A DNA stretch of 64,000 nucleotides, taken from assembly GCF_963921235.1 (NCBI RefSeq), contig NC_086097.1, forward strand, positions 245,584,001-245,648,000, written 5' to 3'. Made by a program: the position numbers and the translations under genes. This DNA is from Mobula hypostoma (lineage: Eukaryota). This document shows positions 11,992-25,550 of the stretch, one piece after another; the first letter of the stretch is position 1, and every line of letters begins with the position of its first letter. The notes under the pieces are model-generated. The model had not been told where the DNA came from, did no database searches, and saw only the letters and a program-made list of their open reading frames with translations.

Positions 11992-13129
11992 GTGTAATGA
12001 AACAGTGTTCCTCTGGGCCAAATTGAAAAACACAGTACACACAACACGTATAGTAACGGTAAAACATACTATTACAAAATAATATTAGCACAAGACCCCG
12101 AGTGGCATGGCCTGAAAATTGATGGTGCATGGGATGTTGTCCTGGAGCCATGTTTCTGCAAGAACAAGCACACAGCAGTTCCTCATCTCATTCTGGGTCA
12201 GACGGAAGCAAAGGCAACGCAGCTAGTCTTGCAGGGAGCGAATACTGGAGAGCAGTACCGAGCCAGCCTACAGGGGCCAGCCTCAAGCCCAACATGGATT
12301 CCAGTGCACCCACTGCACCTCTTTTCTCTTCTACAGCGCATCCGGTCCCTCCTCCCCTGGCTGGCTGTAATGGACGACATTGTGGCATGATAGTCTGGGC
12401 CCTATAAGAACCGAGGACACACAGCTTCCCCCACTGGTGGCCGAAGCATGCTGCCAACTTACCAGAAGTCTTGTGTTTTCATGACTTCACTTGCCATTCT
12501 TTTCATTGCCTCTGTCAGTCAAGGAACTGAGAAATATTGGAATGGGCTCAGGGCCTGTGCTTGTGCCGTAATGTTCTACGTTCTATATTCTTCAGCCAGT
12601 GGGTGGTGAAGCTGTGGAATTCATTGCTACGGACTGCTGCGGAGGCCAAGTTATTGGGTATATTTAAAGTGGAGGTTGATTGGTTTGTGATTAGTAAGGG
12701 TGTCAAAGGTTACGGGGAGAAGGCAGGAGCATGGGATTCAGAGGGAAAATAAATCAGCCATGATGGAATGATGGAGTAGATTCAATGGGCTGAATGGCCT
12801 AATTGTGCTCCTATGCATTATGGTCTTATGGTATTGAATCTGTAAATGTTCAAAAATCTATTGATTTCAGTGACTGAACATTCACTGCCCTCTTGGGTTG
12901 AGAATTCCAAAGATCCACCATTGTCTGATGTAGAAATTTCTTCCTGCATTTGTTTGTCTATTCCCTGTGAGCCTGGTTCTAGATCGTTCCAGTCAGGGTA
13001 GAAATCATCCTTGTATTTATTCTATCAAGCACCAAGTGAATTCTATTCATTTCAGTTCACATCTTGGTGCAAACGCTACACTCTCATTGATTGGTCTGGA
13101 ACGGCTGTCTCGTGTGTGGCTGCAGGCAT

Positions 13130-13735
13130 GACCTTCAGAAATCAAAGTATTGAGTACAGGAGTCGGGCTGTTAACTTGTAATTGATTAAGAGGCCTATTT
13201 TGGAATATTGTGCACTGTTCTGGTCACCTACTCACAGGAATCATATCAGTAAGATTGACAGAATGCAGAGAAAATTTACAAGGATGTTGCCGAGAATTGA
13301 GGACCTGAGTTATAGGAAAAGGTTGAATAGGTTATGTCTTTATTCCCTGGAGCGTAGGAGAATGAGGTGAGATTTCATAGAGGCGCACACAATTAAGTGG
13401 GGTATAGATAGGTAAATGGAAGCAGGTTTTCTTTCCCCACTGAAATTCAGTGAGACTAGAATTAGAGGTCATGGGTTAAGGGCGAAAGGTGAAATGTTTG
13501 TGGGGGTCATGAAGGGGAACTTGTTCTGTCAGAGGGTGGTATGAGTGTGGAACAAGCTACCAGCAGAAGTGATGGATGCGGGCTTGATTTCAAACGTAAG
13601 AGAAGTGTGGATAAGTACATCGGTGGGAGGGGTATGGAGGATTATGGTCCAGTTGTGGGTTGATGGGCCTAGGCAGAATATTAAGTAGCATTGACCAGAA
13701 GGGCCTTTCTCTGGGCTTTAGTGCTTTCTGACTGA
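13130..13735 (+). mobile_element. CR1 LINE 3' fragment (degenerate)
   Basis: ORF 13182-13370 RPILEYCALFWSP...LYSLERRRMR, followed by a CR1 3' UTR. Confidence 0.85.
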
Positions 13736-13789
13736 GATATTTTACGGACAAGGTTTCATTTGGTCTCCCTGTACATTTCTAAGGTAAAG

Positions 13790-13990
13790 AAAGACTTGAA
13801 TTTATACAGGACATTCCAAAGGACTTTTGATGTGTGGCTCCAGTTGTATTGTTGAGTTGGTGACAGTGACTTCCTGCAGAGTGATCAAAGTGATCCTCTG
13901 ACTTTTTTTTTTGTTGATGTGAATTGAAGGATAAATATTATCTAGGATGTGAGGGATGTATATTTTTTGAAATAATTCCGTCAGATACGA
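13790..13990 (-). mobile_element. Ancient DeuSINE relic
   Basis: Minus strand tcctagataatatttatccttcaattcacatcaac...gatcactttgatc and terminal tataaattcaagtcttt resemble the Deu domain and tail. Confidence 0.45.
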
Positions 13991-14119
13991 AGAAGGGACA
14001 AGAGTAACCATGAGCTTGCTCCACAATTAATCAAAACATGGCTGATCCAATTGTCATTCCATTTCCATGTTCCCACCTCAAAATTCACAGTTCCAAGTTC
14101 AAAGTAAATTTATTATCAA

Positions 14120-14540
14120 AGTGTGGTAGCCCTGTCCATCACAGGCAAAGCCTTCCCCACTGTTGAGCACATCTACAGGGAGCACTGCCACAAGAAAGCA
14201 GCATCCATCATCAAGAACCGGTGCTGGCTCGAAGGGCTGAATGGCTTACTCCTGCACCTATTGTCTATTGTCTATTGTCATAACCCCCACCATCCAGGCC
14301 GTACTCTCTTCTGACTGCTGTCATCAGGAAGGAGGTACAGGAGCCTTAGGTCTCACACCACTGGGTTCAGGAAGAGTTAGTGCCCTCTAACCGTCAGGCT
14401 CCTGAAGCAGCGTGGATAACTTCACTCACCTCAACACTGAACTGATTCCACAACCGACGGACTCACTTTCAAGGGCTCTACAACTCATGTTCTTGGTATT
14501 ATTTATTTACATATTTAACTATTATTACTTTTGTATTTCA
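14120..14540 (+). mobile_element. Rex1/Babar LINE 3' fragment
   Basis: SITGKAFPTVEHIYREHCHKKAASIIK...HHPG..LF..LSSGRRYRSL, then the family 3' UTR. Interrupted by a short CR1-like tail. Confidence 0.7.
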
Positions 14541-14580
14541 CCGTAAGACCATAACATATAGGAACAGAATTAGGCAGAAT

Positions 14581-16432
14581 TAGAATTTTTATAAATATAT
14601 AAAGCGGAAGAGGGTGGCTAAAGTCAACGTAGGTCCCTTGGAAGACAAGAAGGGGAAATTGATATTGGGTGATAAGGAAATGGCTGAGGCATTGAACGAC
14701 TATTTTGTGTTGGTCTTCACGGTGGAGGACACGTTTAATATGCTAAAGAAGGATTTTACGGATGAAATGGGAGGTGAAGACCTCAATAAAATCACTGTCA
14801 CTAAAGAGATAGTGATGAGCAAACTAGAGGGCCTGAAGGTAGATAACTTCCCTGGTCCTGATGGGATGCATCGCAGGGTGCTGAAGGAATTGGCGGAGGT
14901 TATAGTAGGTGCATTGGTAATCATTTATCAAAACTCTCTAGACTCTGGGCAGGTACCAGCGGATTGGAAGACAGCAAATGTCACGCTACTTTTTAAAAAA
15001 AGATGTAGGCAAAAGACGGGCAACTATACGCCAGTTAGCTTAACATCTGTGGTCGGGAAAATGCTTGAAGCTGCCATTAAGGAAGAAATAGTGAAACATT
15101 TAGAAAGGAGTGGTTCCATTGGACAGATGCAGCATGGATTCCGAAAGGGCAGGTCCTGTTTGACAAACTTACTGGAGTTCTTTGAGGACATAATGAGTGC
15201 AATGGATAGAAGGGAACAGGTGGATGTCACATACTTGGATCTCCAGATGGTGTTCGATAAAGTGCCGCACAAGAGACTTATAAATAAGATACGGATGCAT
15301 GGAGTCGGAGGAAGTATATTGGCATGGATAGTGGATTGGTTAACTAATAGAAGGCAGAGAGTTGGTATAAGTGGGGGTTTCTCTGGTTGGCAGTTGGTGG
15401 TGAGTGGGGTGCCGCAGGGGTCGGTGCTGGGCCCGCAGCTGTTTACCATTTACATTGATGATTTGGAAGAGGGGACTGAGCGTAGCGTAGCAAATTTTGC
15501 TGATGACACTAAACTGAGTGGAAAAGCGAATTGTACAGAGGATGTGGAGAGTCTACAGAGAGATATAGATAGGTTAAGTGAGTGGGACAAGGTCTGGCAG
15601 ATGGAATACAACGCTGGTATATGCGAGATCATCCACTTTGGAAGGAATAATAGAAGAGTGGATTATTATTTAAATGGTAAAAGATTTGCAGCATGCTGTT
15701 GTGCAGAGGGACTTGGGAGTGCTTGTGCATGAATCGCAAAAAGTTGGCTTGCAGGTACAACAGGTTATTAAGAAGGCAAACAGAATGTTGGCCTTCATTG
15801 CTAGAGGGATTGAAATGAAGAGCAGGGAGGTCATGCTGCAACTATACAGGGTACTGGTGAGGCCACACCTGGAGTACTGTGTGCAGTTCTGGTCTCCATA
15901 CTTGAGGAAGGATATACTGGCTTTGGAGGCAGTGCAGAGGAGGTTCACCAGGTTGATTCCAGGGATGAAGGGGTTAACCTATGAGGAGAGATTGAGTCGC
16001 CTGGAACTATACTCTCTGGAAGTCAGAAGAATGAGAGGGGATCTTATAGAAACATACAAAATTTTGAAAGGGATAGATAAGATAGAAGCAGGAAAGTTGT
16101 TTCTATTGGTAGGTGAGACTAGAACTAGGGGACATTACCTCAAGATTCAGGGGAGAAGATTTAGGACAGAGATGAGGAGAAACTGTTTTTCCCAGAGAGT
16201 GGTGAATCTGTGGAATTCTCTGCCCAGGGAAGCAGTTGAGGCTTCTTCACTAAATATATTTAAGATACAGTTAGATAGGTTTTTACATAGTAGGGGAATT
16301 AAGGGTTATGGGGAAAAGGCAGGTGGATGGAGCTGAGTTTACGGACAGATCAGCCATGATCTTATTGAATGGCGGGGCAGGCTCAATGGGCCGGATGGAG
16401 TAATCCTGCTTCTATTTCTTATGTTTCTTATG
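14581..16432 (+). mobile_element. CR1 LINE, 5'-truncated, nearly intact RT with one frameshift
   Basis: ORF 14614-15732 (PGPDG, WKTANVT, QHGFRKGRSCLTNL, GVPQGSVLGP, FADD) and ORF 15674-16336 joined by a frameshift near 15680. 3' UTR ends tttcttatgtttcttatg. Inserted in the tail of an older minus-strand CR1 (14544-14575 plus 16432-16815). Confidence 0.95.
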
Positions 16433-16815
16433 TAGGCCATTGGGTCCATCGGGCATGCTCTGCCTTTTCATCATGGCTGATCCATTTCCCTCCCAGCCCC
16501 AACTTCCTGCTTTCTCCCCTTATCCCCTCATGCCCTGACTAATCAAGAATCTCTGCCTTGAGTGTGCCCAATGTCTTGGCCTCCACAGCTGCCCGTTGTA
16601 AAGAAATCACTTGCTAAAGGAATTCCTCCTCATCTCCATTCTAAAAGGACGCCCCTCTATTCTGAGGCTGTGTTCTCTGGTCTTAGACTCCCCCATGATA
16701 GGAGACATCCTTTTCACGTCCACACTATTGCGGCCTTTCAACATTCGATAGGTTTCAATGAGGTTCCCCCTCATCCTTCTTAATTCCAGTGAGTATAGGT
16801 CCAGAGCCAACAAGG
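16432..16815 (-). mobile_element. CR1 LINE 3' end
   Basis: ORF 16607-16813 LYSLELRRMRGNLIETY...TREHSLRI...EMRRN. Confidence 0.85.
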
Positions 16816-17619
16816 CTCCTGATGATGGATTTGTACTTATTGTCTTATTTTGTACATTAGTTGTTTGTCAGTCTTTGTGTGTAGCTTTTCATTGATTCTA
16901 TTCTACTGTGAATGCCTGCAAGAAAATGAATCTCAGGGTACTGTTAACAATCATATTTATCAATCATATACCTATCTCCTTTAATAGGATCATCAAAGGC
17001 TCTTCTTCCATCGTTCCCTGAGGAACAGAGCTCCTACTTTTAAATTCCCTCAGTAATAGATTAACATCGTTAGCCTTCCTAATTACTTTACCTGCATAAC
17101 AGTCTTTTGCGAATCACGGACAGGAACACCCAAATCCACTTCCCTTCAGAGATTTGCAATCTCTCATCACTAAGAAGCAAAAAGCTCTTTTGAATTCCTT
17201 TACATACCATGGGGCGACACGCTGGTATAGCGGTTAGCGTAAAACTGAACAGTGCCTGCGATCACTGATCGGGGTCCAGTTCCTACCGCTGTCTGTAAAA
17301 AGTTTGTATGTTTTCCCCGTAACCATGTGGGTTTCTACTGGTTAGCTCCCACACTGCAAAGACGTGCAGTTGGGATTAGTGAGTTGCTGGCATGTAGGAA
17401 GTGTGTTGAGCTGCCGGGCATTATACAAGTTTCATTGTATATTTTGACAGACATATGACAGATTAATTGTTTAAAAATCTTAATCTTTACTAAAATGGGT
17501 AATTGCATCTATTCTAACATTATCCTCCATTTATCAGATCTTTGTTATCTCCTGCCGATCTGTGTGTCATCAGCAGTTTGTGGCCCACCACTCACTCCAT
17601 CTTGCCAATCATGATACAC

Positions 17620-18234
17620 AGTCAAAGTGCAAAGTAAAATTTATTATCCAGTTATTACCATTCACTACATTCAGATACTTTTTCTTGTAGACATTTATAG
17701 CAAAATAAAGAAATACAATAAAATTTGCGAAAAACTAAGAGAAAGACTGACAGACGGCCAAGGTACAAAAGAAAACAAATTATGCAAATAAAAGTAATGC
17801 AGAGAATGAGAGTTGTAAAATGTCCTTGAAAATGAGTGTGAGGATTATGGAACTGGTTCAGAGTTGTGCTGAGTTAAACTACCCAAGCCAGTTCAAGAGC
17901 CTGATGGTTGATAACTGTTCCTGAACCTGGTGGAGTGACCCAAGGCTCCTGTGCCTCCTGGCTGATGGTAGTAGTGAGTAGAGGGCATGGTCTGGATGGT
18001 GGCCGTCTTTGATGGATGCTGCTTTCTTCTGGCAGTGCTCCATGTAATTTGCTCAATGGTTGGAAGGGCTTTGCCTGTGATGGACTGGGCCGTATCCACC
18101 ACTTTCTGTAGCCTTTGCATTCCTGGGCGTTGGTGTTTTCATACCAGGCCGTGATGCATCCGCTCCATTGTGTATCTATAGAAGTTTATTAAAGTTTTCA
18201 GTGGCATGCTGAATCTATGCAAACTTCTCAGAAA
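17620..18234 (-). mobile_element. Rex1/Babar LINE 3' fragment
   Basis: ORF 17893-18120 RLQKVVDTAQSITGKALPTIEQI and the family 3' UTR with a ttttactttgcactttga tail. Confidence 0.75.
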
Positions 18235-18867
18235 GATTAGATTATGAGGACACACAGTCCTCTTTTATTGTCATTTAGTAATGCATGCATTAGGAAATGA
18301 TACAATGTTTTTCCAGAATGATATCACGGAAACACATGATAAACCGACTTAAGAACTAACAAAAACCACATTATTATAACATATAGTTACAACAGTGCAA
18401 AGCAATACCATAATTTGATCAGTACAGACCACGGCACTGTAGAAGTCTCAAGTCTCTTGAAAGTCCCACCATCTCACGCAGATGGTGAATCTCCAGTGCC
18501 GCCAACTTGCCGATGCAGCATCCTGGAAGCACTCGACCACAGCCGACTCTGAGTCCTCCGAAAACTCCGAGCCTCCGAACAGCTCTCTGACACCGAGCAC
18601 CGAGCACCGACCACCATCTCTGCCAAGCGCTTCGACCCCGGCCCCAGCAACAGGCAATAGGCAAACCCGAGGATTTGGGGCCTTCGTCTCCGGAGATTCT
18701 CGATCGCACAGTAGTAGCGGCAGCTACTGTAACATTTCAGAAGTTTCTCCAGGTGTTCCTCCGTGCTTCTCACAGCTGTCTCCATCAAATCTGGATTGTG
18801 CATGGCCCCCTAGTTAACACATATCGGTATCAATTTGGAACGGCTGCACGCGCTGCGTCGCTGCGTC
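18235..18867 (-). mobile_element. Young CpG-rich non-autonomous non-LTR element, copy 2
   Basis: Paralogous to 4831-5489. Inserted inside the Rex1 fragment (cagaaag^tagagacactg). Confidence 0.75.
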
Positions 18868-20628
18868 GTAGAGACACTGTCTGTGACAATGTATCACCCA
18901 CACCACAAGCTTTTACATTATGGAATAATCTTTAATGTGGCATCTTTTTAAATTGCTTATAGAAATATGGTTCCCTTTAATCCACTTTATCAAAGGACTC
19001 CAACTGAATCTGGAAGTCTAAATCTTTGTCCATCTTTCTGTGTATGGTTTTTCATTGATTCTGTTGTGTTTCTTTGTATTTATTATGTGTGCCCACGAGA
19101 AAATGAATCTCAAGGTTGTATATGGTGACAGAAAGTATTTTGATAAGAAATTAATTTTGAACTTTGAACTTTGAACTTTGAATCTTTTATCGATAAGTTG
19201 GTCAAACATGATTTTGCCTCTCATACTACATGTTGACACAGTTTGTGGATCGGACTCCAGTTCACAATATGATGAGTTTCTGGTTTCTGGTTGCTCCTGT
19301 TTTTGTTGCTATTTTGGGCGATTTTGATCGGGTGACCTGCAGATAGTGAACTGAACTGAATATGCCTGGACTCTTGATTTTGTGTTTGATATTCTGTGTT
19401 TCTCAGTTGTTTCTTTTGTTGTTGTCGTTAGCACGATTTGATTTGTTTTCTTTGCATGCGGGGCGGGGGCTTTGATGCTTTTTTCTTTGAAGAGGTTCCA
19501 AGGTGTTTCTTTGTTTCGTGGTTGTTTGTGGGAAGATGAATCTCAGGGTTGTATTCTGTATTCATACTTTGATAATAAATGTACTTTGCATCTTGGACTT
19601 TTCCTGATTACTTTGAGAGTTTCTAAATGCCCTGCTCTGATGTCTTTATGTAATATTTGTTTATTTATTTAGTGATACTACACCTCTGACCCTTTGAGCC
19701 ATGCCTCCCCAGCAACCCCACAACTCAATTAACAATTTGCTGTACAATTGGCGTGCACATCATTAGGAACACAGGCTCTATCTACAGAAAAGATCGCTCA
19801 GTTAGAAAGGGAGAGCTTGCCGTGCATCACAAACATTTGCGTGTAATCCTGTTTCTTTAATAATAGAATCTGCCATTTCAAATTCCAATTCCGATTCAGA
19901 TTTATTTGTCACGTGTACATGGAAACACACAGTGAAATGCACTGTTTGCGTGAACAACCTAAGGATGTGCAAGTTTGGCCACACATTCCGGCGCCAACGC
20001 AGCAAGCCCACAATGTTCAGCCAAACAACAGCAACATAACAACAACACCTTTCCTCCCTTGCATCCGCCTACCTAGCCTCTCACACTTCGAGAGAAATCC
20101 AACCCTGGGAGAGGCCGCCTCTGGGCCACCAGCCTCCAGCGGACTAACGCATTTGCAGGCAGCAGGGCTTCCACCTTCCCTAGTGGACTCGCTGACCCAG
20201 GCCTTCGGTCTTTGGGCCTTGACCTCAGGATTTCTGATTGACCTTTGCACTTTGATCTTCCAATGGCGGATCTTAAGCTCACTGATCTGTAGTTTCCTAG
20301 TTTTTGTCTCCATCCCTTCTTGAATAAACGAAATACATTTACTATTTTCCAGTATTATGGAAACTTAGCAGAATCTTGTTAAACATTAAACTCAGTGCAT
20401 CTACTATCTCACCATTCACTGGCTTTCATAGAGTAGAAATGGAGGATTGGTTTAAAGCCATGTGCAACGTCTGATATCACAGAGGAGATAATACAGGGTT
20501 AGAGGCAATGTCCTTCAACTGAGACTTACATGAGGATATTGTGATTGTGAGCATAAGCAAGCCAACTCACTGGGTATAATTAAAGTGAAGGCTGATAGGT
20601 TCTTGATGTATAAGGGTGTCAAAGGTTA

Positions 20629-21085
20629 GATAGATAGATAGATAGATAGATATACTTTATTGATCCCGAGGGAAATTGGGTTTCGTTACAGCCACACCAA
20701 CCAAGAATAGAGCGTAAATATAGCAATACAAAAACCATAAACAATCAAACAACAAAATGCAAACTATGCCAGATGGAAATAAGTCCAGGACCAGTCTATT
20801 GGCTCCGGGTGTCTGACTCTCCATGGGAGGAGCTGCAAGTTCGATGGCCACAGGCAGGAACGACCTCCCGTGCCGCCCAGTCTTGTATCTCGGTGGAATA
20901 TGGCCGGAGTCCAACAGCAAAAAGTTCAATATCCGGTCTACAAACACGTTCTTCGATCGTAATATGCCCCAGATTGCACCATCTGATGTTAACCAGAACA
21001 GTAAGCACCCAACTCCTTTACGCTTACCACTCTCAGTGCACTTCTAGTCAGCCGGAACAGTCTGGAAGCCGTCCATGGAGAAGTT
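20629..21085 (-). mobile_element. Internally deleted Rex1/Babar-like LINE derivative with (TATC)n tail
   Basis: Minus strand encodes APE-like VNIRWCN...IEERVCRPDIELFAVGLRPY fused to C-terminal PRYKTGRHGRSFLPVAI. (GATA)6 at 20629-20652. Inserted in a CR1 3' tail. Confidence 0.65.
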
Positions 21086-22087
21086 TCGGGGAGAAGGCAA
21101 GAGATTAGGGATGAGAGATAATAAATCAGCCATGATGGATTGGGGAGCAGACTCAGTGGGCTGAATGGCCTGATTTTGCTCCTATGTCTTATGATCTTTA
21201 TGAGCTATGGAGGGAAATAAACAGGTAACATTCTGGGTCAAATCCTGATAGACTAGTAAGGCATCGAGGGTGGTGAGTCTGTGGAATTCATTGACTTTTG
21301 ATTAGTAACGGTGTCCAAGGTAATGGGGAGAAGGCAGGAGAATAGGGGTGAGAGGGATAATTAGCTCAGCCATGATGAGGTGGATCAGCCTCGATGGGCT
21401 GAATGGCCTAATACTGCTTCTATTTACTTTTGCTCTTACCTTGGTCTTTGGTATGCCAAGTTACTTTTGATGACAGCATTTCAAATGTTGTCATAGCAAC
21501 AGCGTTCATATGATACTCATACATTAAGCACAGGTCTGTGCAAATCGTTATCAACATGTGGCAATAATATAGTTTTGACTAGATATTATAGTTCCTAAGT
21601 TATGGATAGAAATTGATGACAGTATCATGCAGAATGACACAGCTTTGTTCATTTTAATGATGTTTCCATTCACTCATGTGAAGATGGAGTCAATCCCTTG
21701 GTGAAACTTTCCTTAATGTTTCCAGCTTGCAATTTAATCGGCAAAATGGACGCAATTACTTGTCAATTTCTCAAATGTTTTGCCGTTATGAAAATCTGGC
21801 CAATTGGGGAAAGAGTTCTTACCACTCTGGAAGCCGGAGCTTTGTTCCGGGACGTCAGCACTGCTCGGTCTGGGATACATCAGAAGTGAATTAGTTAGAT
21901 TGTGGCTCCCCAAAGGCAGAGTGAAATAACCTTTTCTCTTAGCCTCTGGGAAATGAACAAACAGTCACGTTCCGCTCGGCTCTCTCGATTAAACAAAGAC
22001 CCAAGTGTGCACAAATTGGTGTGTAAAGTCATTTATAATGATACAACTTCAAACGTCTATCTCAGGCAGAGCTGAGCTATTAATCTA

Positions 22088-22888
22088 CAGTCAGCGGCCA
22101 CTTTATTAGGCACACCTATACAACTGCAGCACACATAAAATGCTGAGGAACTCAGCAGGCCAGGCAGCATCTATAGAAAAGACTAAACTGTCGACGTTTC
22201 AGGTTGAGACACCTCTACATCTGCTCGTTAATACAAGTAACTAATCAGTCCATCATGTGGCAGCAACTCAATGCACGAAAGCATGCGGACATGGTCAAGA
22301 GGTTCAGCTGTTGTTCAGACCAAATATCAGAATGGGGAAGATGGGGACTTTGACTGTGGAATGATAGTTGGCGCCAGATGAGATGGTTTGAGTATCTCAG
22401 GAACTGCTGGTCTCCTGGGGTTTTCAAGCTCAGCAAACTCTAGAGTTTACAGAGAATGGTGTGAAAAACAAAAAAAAAAACAAAAAATCAGTGAGCAGCA
22501 GTTCTGTGGGCTAAAACTCCTTGTTAATGAGAGAGGTCTGAAGAGAATGGCCAGACTGGTTCAAGCTGACAGGAAGGTGACTGTAGCTCATATAATCACA
22601 CATGACGGCAGTGGTGTGCAGAAGAGCATCTCTGAAAGCACATCACGTTGAACCTTGAAGTGGTGGGCCACTGCAGCAGAAGACCACGAACATACACTCC
22701 TGAAGTCCCGAAGAAGGGTCTTGGCCCGAAACATTGACTTTTTATTCATTTCCATAGATGCTGCCTGACCTGCTGAGTTCCTCCAGCAGTTTGGATTTCC
22801 AGCATCTGCTGACTTTCCCATGTTTAAAGCATACACTCAGGCCACTTAATTAGGTATAGGAGGAGCACTATAACGTGGCCAGTGAGTG
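22088..22888 (+). mobile_element. Tc1-family non-autonomous transposon (N-terminal HTH remnant) with nested PLE fragments
   Basis: TA-flanked TIR-like ends cagtcagcggccactttattagg and taacgtggccagtgagtg. Peptide GMIVGAR..GLSISGTAGLLGFS...SRVYREWCEKQ...RMARLVQADRKVTV. Confidence 0.8.
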
Positions 22889-23319
22889 TATCTTAGCTTA
22901 TCAGGCTCATTCTAGTTCCATAGTTATGGTGATTCACCTTCCTTTTGAACTTCCACAAGAATAGGATTTGGTAAGAGAGTTTCAATATTCTTCCCACGAC
23001 AGAGAGGGTTTCCTCCGAGTCTTCTGGTTTCATTCCATTTACCAAAGCAGTGCGGGTTAGTAGTTTAATCGATCATATGGGTGTAATTGGGCAGTGCGGG
23101 TCATCGGGCCAGAAGGGCAGAAATGCCATGTCTCTAATCGAAAAATAAAGTAGGTCTAAAGTCAGTGAAATTAGCCTCTTATATCAACAGTTATATCCAT
23201 GCGTTTAAATTGGATGAAGTAAACTGCATTAAGTTGAAGTAATGACTAAATCTTCAAAGTGAAAGGGTTTGTTCCTTTTTGATTTATGTTGTCACCAGTT
23301 GTCCTACCCTAGACTATCA

Positions 23320-24135
23320 CACATACAAAACGCTGGAGGAACTCAGCAGGTCAGGCAGCATCTATGGAAATGAATAAGCCGTCGATGTTTTGGGCCAAGA
23401 CCCTTCAACGTAGACTAAACTTGCTGGCATCTCAGTTAAGTTCCCCCAGTCTTTTTCATGTAATATTGATGGAGGTATTGCTCTAGAATACATTTGATTA
23501 TGTATCAAGGGCACTTCCTTCCCTTTCTTCCGTTGCCCACATCCTCTTCTAATAGAGTCCTTTCCCTTTCTGGTCTCCATCTCACCCCTTCTCTTCTCCT
23601 CACCTGCCCACCTCCTTCCTCTGATTTTCCCACCTCTTTCCCTTTCTTCCATGGTCTATTTGTTCTCTCCGATCAGATCCCTGCTTTTTCAACCCTTTAC
23701 ATCTTCCACCTTTTACCTCCCAACTTCTTGCTTCACCCCCCCCCCCGCCGTACCTGGTTGCAGCTACCTCCTGCCAGCACGAACTCCTCCTCCTCACCCC
23801 CCACTTCTTTTTCTGACTCCTTCTCCCTTTTTCTCCTGTCCTGATGAAGGGTATTGGCCCAAAACACCCTCTGTTTATTACCCTATATAAATGCTTCCTG
23901 ACTTGCCGAGTTCCTCCAGCATTTTGTGTGTTAATTACGTGTTTATAGTTGTGTGCATGCCTCACTAGAAATGTGTTGTAGTGCTTTCCATATTTGCCGC
24001 ATATTACTCTGCTCACCCTGTATGTTACTTCTTGAGCAACACACACAGAGTGTTGGAGAAACTCAGCAGGTCAGGCAGCATCTATGGAGGGAATAAGCAG
24101 TTGCCATTTCAGGCCAAGAACCTTCATCGGGATCT
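23320..24135. mobile_element. Cluster of three Penelope-like pLTR segments (-, +, -)
   Basis: ctggaggaactcagcaggtcaggcagcatctatgga at ~23333 and ~24053. Plus-strand segment 23560-23930 carries gtc-CTGATGA-A-GGGTATTGGCCC-AAAAC at ~23838-23865. Confidence 0.7.
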
Positions 24136-24269
24136 GTAGATTCTCTTGCGTGTACGTTGTGTCTTTGTAGGCAGGGCACACACGTGGTCATGCGTCTTTC
24201 GTTCAGCAGCGACTGAATTTGAGGAGCACATGACCAAAGCCACCACACTTGGGAGTTCTTTAGCTTTAG

Positions 24270-24860
24270 AAAGCAAAGGGGCAGAACTGGGCCCTTCAAC
24301 CCATTCAGTGTGTACCACCATGCCATTATGGCTGATTTATTATCCCTCTCAATCCCATTCTCCTGCCTTCTACCTGTAACCGTTGACACCCTGAATAATC
24401 AAGAAGATGTCAGCCTCGACTTTAAGTATACCCAATGACTTGGACTCCACAACAGATTGTGTCAATGAATTCCACAGGTTCACCGCACCCTGGCTAAAGA
24501 AATTCCCTCTCATCTCTGTTCTAAAATAAACATCCTTCTATTCAGAGGCTGTGCCCTCTGGTCCTAGACTCCTTCTCAATAGGAAATATCCTCTCCACAT
24601 TCACTCTGTCTAGCCTTTTCTTTATTCAATAATTTTCAATGAGATCCCCTCTCTTTCTTCTGAGCTTCAGCGAGTACAGACCAGAGCCATCAAAACCTAC
24701 TCATATGTTAACCCTTTCCTTACTGGACTTGTTCTCATGAAGCTTCTTTGGACCCACTCTAATTCCAGCACACCTTTTCTTAGATGAGGGGTCCAAAACT
24801 GCTGATGATACTCCAAGTGCAATCTGACCAATGCCTTATAAAACCTCAGCATTGGTCAGA
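24270..24860 (-). mobile_element. CR1 LINE 3' fragment (degenerate)
   Basis: Same sequence as other CR1 3' ends (ccctctggtcctagactc, gaattccacag, ttctcctgccttct). Confidence 0.8.
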
Positions 24861-25259
24861 CCACGTTATAACATTCACACTCGACCTTGCCCTTTCATTG
24901 TATGCATGGAGTCATTTAGCAGTTCCAGTTTATTCAGTATGACATTGCGCTGAAAAATATTGATCACAAAATAATTGTTTTTATCTACTCGTCACCTTCA
25001 TTTTGATGGAACGTTGATAGATCATGAAATATATTACACACTGAATAGCAGCAGATCCCGTCGGCTGATAGAAGTTAGGATTGATTGCACATTAAGATGG
25101 GGGACTTGGGTGTGTTCTTTACTGCTCTTGTCTGTGATTTTTTTTTCATTTTGAGTCACATGGAGAAGACTAAACAAGCTGTCTGAACTGCAGGAAACTC
25201 AGCATGAAGTGATTAGCATTTATAGAACATGGCCCCCATTAAATGGTGTACTTCCATGC

Positions 25260-25550
25260 TCAATGGCCACTTTATTGTGTACCTCCTGTACTGATTAAAG
25301 TGGCCACTGAGTGTATGTCATGGTCTTCTGCTGCTGTAGCCCATCCACTTTAAGCTTCGACAGGCTGTGCATTCACAGATGCTCTTCCACACATCACTGT
25401 TATAACATGTGGTTATTTGAGTTACTGTCAGCTTGAACCAGTCTGGCCATTCTCCTTCAGACCTCATTAACGAGGCGTTTTCGCACAGAATTGCCACTCA
25501 TTGGATGTTTTATTTTAGTTTTCCGTACCATTCTCTGTAAACTCTAGAGG
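25260..25550 (-). mobile_element. Tc1-family fragment
   Basis: Reverse complement of the 22088-22888 element (ggccactttt...gtagcccatccactt...cagcttgaaccagtctggccattctc). Confidence 0.7.

Noticed and set aside
14614..16336. Active CR1 or programmed frameshift between the 372-aa and 220-aa ORFs
   Set aside because: It lacks ORF1 and the endonuclease. The paralogue at 11005-12042 is in frame across this point, so the shift is a 1-nt insertion or a sequencing error.
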